This document shows, one piece after another, positions 1-8,603 of a DNA stretch of 43,105 bases. The DNA is taken from IMG/VR virus record IMGVR_UViG_3300023184_000234, positions 1-43,105 of that record; one strand, given 5' to 3'. How positions within the stretch are numbered: the first letter of the stretch is position 1; every line of letters starts with the position of its first letter. Both the position numbers and the translations under genes were made by a program. Under the pieces are notes generated by a model that made no database searches, was not told where the DNA came from, and saw only the letters and a list, made by a program, of their open reading frames with translations. Origin of the DNA: a virus (Duplodnaviria; Caudoviricetes).

Positions 1-1
1 T

Positions 2-157
2 GCATCTTTGGATGTCACCGGTTCATATTTAGCACCATACATTACAACTATTGGTTTATATACAGGATCAGATCTTGTAGCCGTAGCTAAGTTATCATCT
101 CCAATCAAAAACAGTGGTGAATACCCACTAAATTTTTTGATTAAATGGGATGTATAA
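2..157 (+). CDS. 3' end of a structural (tail/baseplate-region) protein, truncated by the window start
   Basis: Frame 2 is open from base 2 to TAA at 155-157 and reads ASLDVTGSYLAPYITTIGLYTGSDLVAVAKLSSPIKNSGEYPLNFLIKWDV*. The YITTIGLY...LVAVAKLS.PI ending resembles phage tail-collar/baseplate protein C-termini. Not in the ORF track. Confidence 0.6.
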   Translation, partial: ASLDVTGSYLAPYITTIGLYTGSDLVAVAKLSSPIKNSGEYPLNFLIKWDV

Positions 158-160
158 ACA

Positions 161-168
161 TATTTATA
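161..168 (+). promoter_or_regulatory. TATTTATA putative late promoter motif
   Basis: Exact TATTTATA 18 nt upstream of ATG 187. The same motif recurs before many structural genes. Confidence 0.55.
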
Positions 169-186
169 GTAAACATATATTAAATT

Positions 187-468
187 ATGGCAAATTCAAT
201 TGAAAGAACGTCATTAACCAAAAATCTTGAATCAAGATATTCTTCAGACCGTACTGGTGGTGCGTTTGATGCAAAGAAAGCTGGTACAAACACCATGATT
301 CAGGGTGTACAATCACCATATGGTTACACTCAATTGTCAAAGACTTTAACCATTGAACCGGGATTTACTACGGGTATGAACACAAGTCGTCGTGAAAATT
401 TCACTGATAAAGCTTTGAATACATCGGGATTGTATCGTGTTGGTAATACCAATAGATACCGTCCATAA
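187..468 (+). CDS. hypothetical protein (93 aa)
   Basis: ORF fills the gap between flanking genes and follows a TATTTATA motif. No recognisable motif. Confidence 0.7.
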   Translation: MANSIERTSLTKNLESRYSSDRTGGAFDAKKAGTNTMIQGVQSPYGYTQLSKTLTIEPGFTTGMNTSRRENFTDKALNTSGLYRVGNTNRYRP

Positions 469-485
469 AAATAAATAAATAAGTT

Positions 486-989
486 ATGACATTAGGATTA
501 GATGCTAGTACATCTACCGTTGGATGGGCGTTTTCAGAAGATGGTAAGATCGTTAGTGCTGGATTTTTAGACATATCACATTTAGAGACTTCCAAAGAGA
601 AGTCTTTTTTTGTTTTAAAGTTTTTGGAATCAACCAAATATTACGATAGTATCAAATCAGTTAATATGGAAGCCGCATTGAGCGGGTTTATGGGTGGTCG
701 TACTACGCAACAAACCATCATCAAATTGGCAAGATTCAACGCCGTTTTTGAGTATATTCTTTCTGAAAAGATGGATGTTAAAATTAATCTGTGTAATGTG
801 AACACCATGCGTAAACAACTGTTTGGTAAGGCGAGAGTCAAAGGAATGAAGTCTAAAGAGTTTGTTAAAGCCAACATTGTCAATTTCTTGGATGTTGACA
901 AATATGACAAAAAAAAGAAAAAGGGAAGTTGGGACGAACGTAATGGTGACATGTACGATGCAGTGGTGTGTGCTTTATTTAAACCTTAA
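486..989 (+). CDS. ruvC: RuvC-like Holliday junction resolvase (RNase H fold)
   Basis: N-terminal LGLDASTSTVGWA (first catalytic Asp), central NMEAAL (Glu) and C-terminal DMYDAVV (Asp pair). Size 167 aa. Confidence 0.8.
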   Translation: MTLGLDASTSTVGWAFSEDGKIVSAGFLDISHLETSKEKSFFVLKFLESTKYYDSIKSVNMEAALSGFMGGRTTQQTIIKLARFNAVFEYILSEKMDVKINLCNVNTMRKQLFGKARVKGMKSKEFVKANIVNFLDVDKYDKKKKKGSWDERNGDMYDAVVCALFKP

Positions 990-995
990 AATAAG

Positions 996-1023
996 TTGAT
1001 TTAGTCTGGGGATCTGATACAGT
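996..1023 (+). promoter_or_regulatory. possible sigma70-type promoter for primase/sbcDC
   Basis: TTGATT (996-1001), 16-nt spacer ending in TGn, TACAGT (1018-1023), 6 nt before ATG 1030. Imperfect match. Confidence 0.3.
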
Positions 1024-1029
1024 ATACGC

Positions 1030-1992
1030 ATGTTGTTGTATCAGACGGAAGTCGTAACAATCCTAAATAAAGCATTCAAACAGTCTGCCAAGATTCGAAA
1101 GGGGACTGATGCAGTTTATTTTTGTCCAGTCTGTAAACATTACAAACGTAAGTTGGAAATCAACACGATTACTGGTAAATACCACTGTTGGGTGTGTGGA
1201 TTATCAGGTACATCTCTCAAAACTTTATTTAAAAAGTTGGGATTATCAAGCGAGTATCTTGGACAGATTTATAAAAATACCCAAACATATAGGAAACTTC
1301 CACAAGATGATATTAGTTCCATCTTGGAAATATTCTCTGAACGAAAGATTGAACAGACTGTTCAATTAGTATTACCTCAAGAGTATCATTCGTTTTATGA
1401 TGATGATTTAACTTTGGTTGGAAGACACGCTCTACAATACTTGAAGTCCCGAAACATTACTAAATATGATGTTTTGAGATATAATATTGGATATTGTGAC
1501 GGTGGTCAATTTCATGGCAGAGTTTTAATTCCATCATATGATGCGTCTGGCCAGTTGAATTTTTATTCCACTCGTAGCGTATTTGAAGATGCCAAAATGA
1601 AATATGTGAACAGTTATAGTTCCAAAGACATTATTGGATTTGAAATGTTTGTGGACTATAATCAACCGATAACATTGGTTGAGGGTGCGTTTGATGCAAT
1701 CGCCATACGAAACAACGCAATTCCTTTATTTGGAAAAACTCTTTCAAATAAGTTGAAATCTTCATTGATCTGTAATACAGTAAGAAAAGTAAACATCGTT
1801 TTGGACAATGATGCTTTGTTTGATTCTATTAGAATAAGTGAATTTTTATTGAAGAACAACATTGAAACGAAAGTGGTTAAACTGGATGGAAAAGATCCGT
1901 CCGAAATTGGTTTTGAAAAAACATGGGAATTGATTGAAAACACACCAGTGTTGGATTTTGAATCTTTGTTTCGAATGAAACTATCTGTATAA
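1030..1992 (+). CDS. DNA primase (zinc finger + TOPRIM, DnaG/gp61-like)
   Basis: CPVC...YHCWVC zinc-binding domain, YLKSRNI and GRVLIP primase motifs, TOPRIM VEGAFD and VLDND, C-terminal KDPSE. Confidence 0.9.
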   Translation: MLLYQTEVVTILNKAFKQSAKIRKGTDAVYFCPVCKHYKRKLEINTITGKYHCWVCGLSGTSLKTLFKKLGLSSEYLGQIYKNTQTYRKLPQDDISSILEIFSERKIEQTVQLVLPQEYHSFYDDDLTLVGRHALQYLKSRNITKYDVLRYNIGYCDGGQFHGRVLIPSYDASGQLNFYSTRSVFEDAKMKYVNSYSSKDIIGFEMFVDYNQPITLVEGAFDAIAIRNNAIPLFGKTLSNKLKSSLICNTVRKVNIVLDNDALFDSIRISEFLLKNNIETKVVKLDGKDPSEIGFEKTWELIENTPVLDFESLFRMKLSV

Positions 1993-1997
1993 ATTTT

Positions 1998-4900
1998 ATG
2001 ATTAATAAACTAAAATGTGACGTTAGTAATTTTACAAATATTTTGCACATCGCAGATATTCATGTTCGACTGACTAAACGTCATTCTGAATACAAAGAGG
2101 TATTTAAAAATCTCTACACTGCAATTGCTAAAACGCCATCTTCAACCGTGGTTTGTGTGGTTGGAGACGTTTTCCATAACAAAAGCGATCTGAGTCCCGA
2201 ATGCGTTGAAATAACGTCCGATTTTTTGAAGAGTTTGGCAGATTTACGCCCAACTATATTGACTGCGGGTAATCATGACGCTACACTTACCAATAAAAAT
2301 AGATTGGATAGTTTAACACCTATAGTAAATGCGTTACAACACCCAAATCTTTTTTATCTTAGGGATACTGGAGTGTACCAACTTGGTGATATTTTGTTTA
2401 ACAACTTTTCCGTGTTTGATGAACATTCACCTGAGAACTTCATTAAATTTTCTGATATTCCTAAGATTTACGTTAATAATGCTAATTATTTTGTTGGGTT
2501 GTATCATGGACCGATTGACAGTGCTGTAACTGATATTGGATATAAAGTTAGTAGTAACACCAAAAATGAATTGTTTGATGGTCATCAAATGATTTTGCTT
2601 GGCGATATACATCGTCATCAGGTTCTTCAACAGTATCATATTGATTCCAATCACATTCGTAAACCTGTTGTGGTTTATTCTGGATCGTTGATTCAACAGG
2701 ATCATGGCGAGGAATTGAAAGGACATGGTTTTGTTTATTGGGACTTGAAGACATTTAAGTTCAAACACGTTGAAGTAAAAAATGATTATGGATATTTTAC
2801 GGCGGAGGTTAATAACGGAAAGTTGGTAACCGACATAACTGATATTCCAAAGAAGACTACATTGCGAATTAAGTTGTTTGAAACGGTGGCAACTGAAATG
2901 AAAACGGTAGTTTCAGAAATTTCTAAACATACTGAAATTATTGATATCAACTATCTTCGTGTAGATAGTTTGTCTCCAACTTTTTCTAATTCAGTTGTAC
3001 CAAATTTGAATGTTCATGGACTTTCAAATATTTCATATCAGAACAAATTGATTGAGGAATATCTTAGGGACAAACATACAAACATTCCAGATGATCTAAT
3101 TCGTGATGTTGAAAAGATCAATAAAGAATTGAATGATTTGATTGTTAAAGATTTAACCGCAAAAAATATTCAGTGGAAGCCTAAACGGTTTGAATTTGAT
3201 AATATGTTCAGTTATGGTGAAAATAACGTAATTGATTTTAGCAAAATGAAAGATGTCGTGGGACTATTTGCTGCAAACGCAAGTGGTAAGTCTAGTATTC
3301 TTTCGGCACTATCTTTTTGTATATTCGATAAGTGTGATCGTGCTTTTAAAGCCGTTCACGTCATGAATACCCAAAAGATGTCATTCCGGTGTAAGTTTAA
3401 TTTTGAAATTGATAAGGTTGATTACTTTATCGAACGAATTGGACATGCTGATAAAAAGGGTAGTGTCAAAGTTGATGTAAAGTTCTGGAAGGAAGAAAAA
3501 GGTAAAATTGTAGAACTAAATGGTGAAGCTCGTCGTAATACCAATGATTTGATTCGTGATTACGTTGGTACCTATGATGATTTTATTTTAACGGTGTTGA
3601 GTATTCAAAACAGTAAGACTGGTTCTTTTATTGATCTTGGACAAACCGAACGTAAGGATCTTTTGTCACAGTTTATGGGACTTACTATTTTTGATAAGTT
3701 GCATGGATTAGCCAACGATAAAATGCGTGAGTGGGCAATCTTGATGAAGAACTTTGTTAAGACGGATTATAACGCAGAGTTAGAAATACTAACTACTAAT
3801 ATCAATAATACAGAGTCAGTAATTCGTCTAAAGGAAGATGAACTCAAAACATTGATGGATAGTCGTGATATTGAAAATGATAAGGTTGCCGAGACTACGA
3901 AACAATTGGTTAAGGTAAATGTAACAAATACTGATATCAGTATGTTGGAGTTACAACGTATCAATACTGAAAAGAAGATTATTACTGAACAAACAAAGTT
4001 TAATCAAGAAATTCCAAATATTGATAAGTTAAAGAATGATATTAAGCCTATTAACGATAAGGTTGATAAGTTTAAATCGGACGATATTGAATCTAAATAC
4101 TCAGAGTATAATACTTTGAAATTAGACGCATCTAATATTGAAGGTCAGTTGGAACGTAAGAAGTTGATTGTAACAAATAAATTGGATAAGTTGAAAAAAC
4201 TTGAGACGCATAAGTATGATCCAAATTGTAATTTCTGCGTTAACAACGTTTTCGTTCAAGACGCAATTAAGACAAAAGAAGATCTTGAGAATGACAAAAT
4301 GGAAGCTAAAGGATTGATTGAAAAGTTGAATGTAGTCAAAAATAAATTGACCACAATCGAACTGATTGCAAATCAATATCAGGAATATAGAAATCTGGTG
4401 AATAATCTGTCAACTTTGACCAAGAATATTTCTAATTTAGAGAATCTTCAGTTACAACGGGAAAATACCATTGTAAAAGATAATAACTCTTTGGTGTCAA
4501 TTACATCCAAGATCAAAGAATATTATGATGCAAAAGATGCAATTGAATCGAATATCAATGTTCAAAAAATAATTGATGGCATCAAGTCTAATATTAAGAA
4601 TATCGATTTTAACATTAGAACTGTTAACGTTACCATAACGGACGCTAAGAGTAAGATTAATAATTGGAATTACCAAAAGTCTCAGATCGAATCTAAGATA
4701 ACGGAAATAAAGGAGACCGAGAAGATTCATAACGCATACACATATTATGTAGATGCTGTCTCTAGGGATGGATTACAATATCAGATCATCTCTAAAGCAT
4801 TGCCCGGCATTGAGTCTGAGGTTAATAACATCCTGAATCAGATTGTTGAATTCACTATTTCTTTTCAGACTGATGGTAAAAACATTATGGCATACATTGT

Positions 4901-5207
4901 ATATGAGGATAAAAAGTGGCCGTTGGAACTGGCAAGTGGTTTAGAGAAGTTTGTTAGTTCTCTGGCTATTCGGGTTGCATTGATTAATGTGTCTAATCTA
5001 CCACGTCCTAATTTTATTGCTATTGATGAGGGATTTGGATGTGCTGATAGTGATCATTTGTCCGCTATGTCTAATTTGTTTTCGTTTTTAAAGAATAATT
5101 TTGACTTTGTATGGATTGTTAGTCACTTGGATGTCTTGAAAGATATGGTGGATACTCGTCTGGAGATTGTCAAGGATGCTGGATTTTCACGTATTAATTT
5201 TCAATAG
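1998..5207 (+). CDS. fused Mre11/SbcD nuclease - Rad50/SbcC ATPase (T4 gp47+gp46-like)
   Basis: N-terminal metallophosphoesterase motifs DIH, GDVFH, GNHD, YHG, GDIH. Then Walker A AANASGKSS, long coiled coil with CNFC zinc hook, signature LASGLEK, Walker B IAIDEGFG and H-loop IVSH, all in one 1069-aa frame. Confidence 0.92.
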   Translation: MINKLKCDVSNFTNILHIADIHVRLTKRHSEYKEVFKNLYTAIAKTPSSTVVCVVGDVFHNKSDLSPECVEITSDFLKSLADLRPTILTAGNHDATLTNKNRLDSLTPIVNALQHPNLFYLRDTGVYQLGDILFNNFSVFDEHSPENFIKFSDIPKIYVNNANYFVGLYHGPIDSAVTDIGYKVSSNTKNELFDGHQMILLGDIHRHQVLQQYHIDSNHIRKPVVVYSGSLIQQDHGEELKGHGFVYWDLKTFKFKHVEVKNDYGYFTAEVNNGKLVTDITDIPKKTTLRIKLFETVATEMKTVVSEISKHTEIIDINYLRVDSLSPTFSNSVVPNLNVHGLSNISYQNKLIEEYLRDKHTNIPDDLIRDVEKINKELNDLIVKDLTAKNIQWKPKRFEFDNMFSYGENNVIDFSKMKDVVGLFAANASGKSSILSALSFCIFDKCDRAFKAVHVMNTQKMSFRCKFNFEIDKVDYFIERIGHADKKGSVKVDVKFWKEEKGKIVELNGEARRNTNDLIRDYVGTYDDFILTVLSIQNSKTGSFIDLGQTERKDLLSQFMGLTIFDKLHGLANDKMREWAILMKNFVKTDYNAELEILTTNINNTESVIRLKEDELKTLMDSRDIENDKVAETTKQLVKVNVTNTDISMLELQRINTEKKIITEQTKFNQEIPNIDKLKNDIKPINDKVDKFKSDDIESKYSEYNTLKLDASNIEGQLERKKLIVTNKLDKLKKLETHKYDPNCNFCVNNVFVQDAIKTKEDLENDKMEAKGLIEKLNVVKNKLTTIELIANQYQEYRNLVNNLSTLTKNISNLENLQLQRENTIVKDNNSLVSITSKIKEYYDAKDAIESNINVQKIIDGIKSNIKNIDFNIRTVNVTITDAKSKINNWNYQKSQIESKITEIKETEKIHNAYTYYVDAVSRDGLQYQIISKALPGIESEVNNILNQIVEFTISFQTDGKNIMAYIVYEDKKWPLELASGLEKFVSSLAIRVALINVSNLPRPNFIAIDEGFGCADSDHLSAMSNLFSFLKNNFDFVWIVSHLDVLKDMVDTRLEIVKDAGFSRINFQ

Positions 5208-5212
5208 GTTGT

Positions 5213-5240
5213 ATATGTATTGTTAATTACAATACATATG
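5213..5240 (+). promoter_or_regulatory. perfect 11-bp hairpin overlapping the start codon of the next gene
   Basis: ATATGTATTGT (5213-5223), loop TAATT, ACAATACATAT (5229-5239). The 3' arm contains the A and T of ATG 5238-5240. The 5' arm contains TATGTATT, one mismatch from the late motif. Confidence 0.65.
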
Positions 5241-7178
5241 GCGTTAATATCAAATGCAAGAAATGTTGGACAAAAACTTAATTTATCTAATATAAGAGTT
5301 GATATAGAAGATACATCGTTTTTGTCCGATTATTTTATACTATCAGAGTATAATCCTAAATTTACGGCAGGAAAGAATACATTTCTTTTAAATGGTTCAA
5401 ATAAACTGGCATCTAATACTCCAATTCAAGTTGAAGTATTAGATGTAAACGGCAATTCTTTGTACGTTGAGTTCGCTAAAACAAATAACATAGCGTATAA
5501 AGAAGGGGGCGCTATACGAGTTTCAGTGTATGTATATAGTTCGACTCCATACGGAGTTGGAAAAATTACAATAGTAAGCAAAGATGTTTCAAACAAAATA
5601 ATACGTTGGATTGGTAATATTCAAATAAACCCATCAATACCAAATTCATCCAAAGTAATTTTTTATAAATCACCAACATTATCAGTTAAATCAACATATG
5701 TGCCTGTTATTACAGATCAATCGTCTGGTTATATCACCACTCTTGTAAATACACCCATTACTACGTATGCAGTGGTTCCAAAAAAGAATGATGATTATGA
5801 TGTGTTCGATCTTAGTTCTTCACCTATTGACTATAGACTTACTTTCACCGATCCTTCTCTAATTGTATCATCATCAATGAAAAACTCATTGGTAACGGTG
5901 TATATAAATCAGTTTGATGATCAAATTGTTACGAATTTAACGTCATCTAATGTGATTAGTGATATAGTCGATGAACATACTGTTAAATTAAAGAATCCAA
6001 TTTATTACATTAACAATAAAAATAAGAAAATTATTTCTAATGTATCATTGGGTTCTTTATCATCGACACTTACAAGTGTACGTTATGATTATAGATTCAT
6101 TACAAGTTCATCTGTAAATCAGTCTGTTGCATTTGTAACTTATAAAAATCTTAAGACTTTTTCTGGCAACGTTTATCGACATAAATTATATCGTAGAAGT
6201 TTAAGTTCAGCCGGTGATTTTGAAATTGTTGCTGACGAACCTTTTGTTGACACACTTAGTTTGATAGATCATTCCACACCGAATAGTTACTTTAAAAGTA
6301 TGGGATCTTTTCCAAATACTATTCATGCACAACATTATTGGTTTAGTAGTTCAAATACAATTAACTTTAAAAGAGATGCATCGTATTTGATGGATGCACT
6401 TGAAATCACTAATTCAACTTCAAATGATCAATATATTATTGTTAAAAACGATACGAATATTGGAAGTAGAAACCATGTTTATACACCATTTGAACCGACA
6501 TCATCTTTAAATGAATCTGGAATGGCATATGATAGTAACTTTATGACATTTTATTCTGATGTAACTTATAATTTTTCTGTTAGATGTAAAGTTGTAAAAT
6601 CGGATAAAACTAAACCCGCTTATGTTGGCTTTTATATTACATCATCATTATTTAATCAAATCAATGCGGATGCAAATTATGATACTAATCGGGGAATAAA
6701 GATCGGCGAAGTTTATTTGGATGAAAAATCAACATCATTATATCATCCAGATCCATTGACATTTTATAGTAGATTTAATAACGATTTCAATGGAACTATG
6801 GTGATTTACACAAATAACTGTGTATCTACTTTGTCTGACATGCAATTTTCAACGTATTCAGAACCATCATTTTCTCCCGAGATATTTACATCTCGTATTC
6901 CATTTCCTATAACTGTTGCTGGTGAACAATTTGAAATTAAATCTGAACTATTTGATATTAATTCAAATCTAGTGTATTCGGATTTAAGAACGATTGCACT
7001 GTTTGATCCGTCTGGTGCAACATTAGTTCCAACAACTACTTCACCGGGAACAGTTAGTCAAACAGTAACAAGTACCAACGTGACCGCAATAGGTGATCCT
7101 GTAAATGTGATTTGTCCATTAAGAGCTCCAGACGGATGGTTTTTAATTAATGGTAAGAAGGTGCCATATTACAATTAA
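5238..7178 (+). CDS. putative virion structural protein (about 646 aa)
   Basis: Long Ser/Thr/Asn-rich, beta-strand-like ORF. Start moved from TTG 5220 to ATG 5238 (MALISNARN). C-terminal PDGWFLINGKKVPYYN resembles fibre-type termini. Function inferred. Confidence 0.6.
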   Translation: MALISNARNVGQKLNLSNIRVDIEDTSFLSDYFILSEYNPKFTAGKNTFLLNGSNKLASNTPIQVEVLDVNGNSLYVEFAKTNNIAYKEGGAIRVSVYVYSSTPYGVGKITIVSKDVSNKIIRWIGNIQINPSIPNSSKVIFYKSPTLSVKSTYVPVITDQSSGYITTLVNTPITTYAVVPKKNDDYDVFDLSSSPIDYRLTFTDPSLIVSSSMKNSLVTVYINQFDDQIVTNLTSSNVISDIVDEHTVKLKNPIYYINNKNKKIISNVSLGSLSSTLTSVRYDYRFITSSSVNQSVAFVTYKNLKTFSGNVYRHKLYRRSLSSAGDFEIVADEPFVDTLSLIDHSTPNSYFKSMGSFPNTIHAQHYWFSSSNTINFKRDASYLMDALEITNSTSNDQYIIVKNDTNIGSRNHVYTPFEPTSSLNESGMAYDSNFMTFYSDVTYNFSVRCKVVKSDKTKPAYVGFYITSSLFNQINADANYDTNRGIKIGEVYLDEKSTSLYHPDPLTFYSRFNNDFNGTMVIYTNNCVSTLSDMQFSTYSEPSFSPEIFTSRIPFPITVAGEQFEIKSELFDINSNLVYSDLRTIALFDPSGATLVPTTTSPGTVSQTVTSTNVTAIGDPVNVICPLRAPDGWFLINGKKVPYYN

Positions 7179-7219
7179 TAATACAAAAACAGTTTGGTGT
7201 ATTATATTTATAGGATGAT

Positions 7220-7975
7220 ATGGTAAAACTTTCCGATTTTTTGGTAGAAGCAAAATCTAGTTCCAGTCAAAAAGACATGGAAAGAAATGAATTGCGTCTT
7301 GAAAATACTATCAAATATCTTCAAACCAAAAATAAAGTACTGTTGATTGCTACTTCCAATAGATGGGAAGGTCATAAAGATGACGAAGCTAAATCCACTA
7401 AACTTGCAAGGTTGATCTCAGAAAGACTTGGCAGAGATAAGTGTGAAATGATTGATGCCAGTAAATTGAATATTTTTGTATGTGAAGGTAATGTTTCATC
7501 TAAGTATGGAAATAAATGTGGTGAAAAAGATGCTGGGTTAAAGGATAAAGAAAAAAATCCTAGTGGATATCATCGTTGTTGGGCAAGTATTAATAACAAA
7601 TCAGACGAACTATGGAAGATATCAAAACCGTTGTTTGAAAGTGATACCGTTATCTTTTTTACATCAATTCGTTGGGGTCAAACTAATAGTATTCATCAGA
7701 AGTTAATAGAACGTTTGTGTTGGATAGAGAACCGACATACTACGTTGGGTGAGTCTAATATTGTAAAGAATATAGACTCTGGGGTTATTGCAATTGGACA
7801 AAACTGGAATGGTAAAGATGTTATACAAACACAAAAACAAGTTTTGGAATTTTATGGATTTAAAACACCATCAGAGTTGTTTTGGAATTGGCAATATACG
7901 GATGATGCATTTGATGAGACTAAAAAGTCGTACTCAAATGCGATCAAAGTATTTAATGACACATTTCTTCAATAA
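7220..7975 (+). CDS. flavodoxin-fold / NADPH-dependent FMN reductase-like protein with putative capsid-targeting leader
   Basis: KVLLIATSNR (FMN phosphate loop), LNIFVCEG, and DELWKISKPLFESDTVIFFTSIRWG...KLIERL match the FMN reductase / iron-sulfur flavoprotein pattern. Starts MVKLSDFLVE. TATTTATA at 7205-7212. Confidence 0.75.
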   Translation: MVKLSDFLVEAKSSSSQKDMERNELRLENTIKYLQTKNKVLLIATSNRWEGHKDDEAKSTKLARLISERLGRDKCEMIDASKLNIFVCEGNVSSKYGNKCGEKDAGLKDKEKNPSGYHRCWASINNKSDELWKISKPLFESDTVIFFTSIRWGQTNSIHQKLIERLCWIENRHTTLGESNIVKNIDSGVIAIGQNWNGKDVIQTQKQVLEFYGFKTPSELFWNWQYTDDAFDETKKSYSNAIKVFNDTFLQ

Positions 7976-7994
7976 AAATTAAAAATAATACGTT

Positions 7995-8603
7995 ATGAAA
8001 AAAGCATCAGGAAAAAGCAATTTGGCAATTGTTAGGGACTATCTAAATGGTGAACGTCCTTTTATTCAAGTAGGTTATACCGCAGACTCCGATTTTGCGT
8101 CTCGTAAAGATGGTGAAATTTGGGAAGATGTAAATGGTAAAAAATGGATAAAGAAGAATGGTACAAAACGTGCCATTAATAATGTCAATTCATCCACCAT
8201 AGAATCCACTAAACGTCACTGTAAAGATTGTAACATGGATATTCGATGGGGCAATCGTTATGATGAAATTCTTTATAATAAGACGGGTCGTTGTCAAGAA
8301 TGTCTTGCAAAGTTTGAAACTACGTTACGTATTGAAGGAAAGTATGAAGAATACGAACAAAATAAACTGTTGCGTAATCAATTGAGTCAAGCTAAAGAAT
8401 TTCGTACCAAAGTACAAGAAAGTTATAACTTTGTATCGTCACATCAAAAGATTTCATTTCCAAATGGTGATGGAACTTCAGATGAATGGACAATTGAACG
8501 TAGAGAAAATATTTTGAAGGATCTTAAGACGGATTTAAAAAAAATCGATAAACAGATTCTTAAGATTGAAAAGAAGTTGGAGAAGTTAAATCATGTCGAG
8601 TGA
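7995..8603 (+). CDS. hypothetical zinc-finger/coiled-coil protein overlapping the terminase start
   Basis: HCKDC and RCQEC cysteine pairs, C-terminal coiled coil, 11-nt overlap with terL. Confidence 0.7.
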   Translation: MKKASGKSNLAIVRDYLNGERPFIQVGYTADSDFASRKDGEIWEDVNGKKWIKKNGTKRAINNVNSSTIESTKRHCKDCNMDIRWGNRYDEILYNKTGRCQECLAKFETTLRIEGKYEEYEQNKLLRNQLSQAKEFRTKVQESYNFVSSHQKISFPNGDGTSDEWTIERRENILKDLKTDLKKIDKQILKIEKKLEKLNHVE

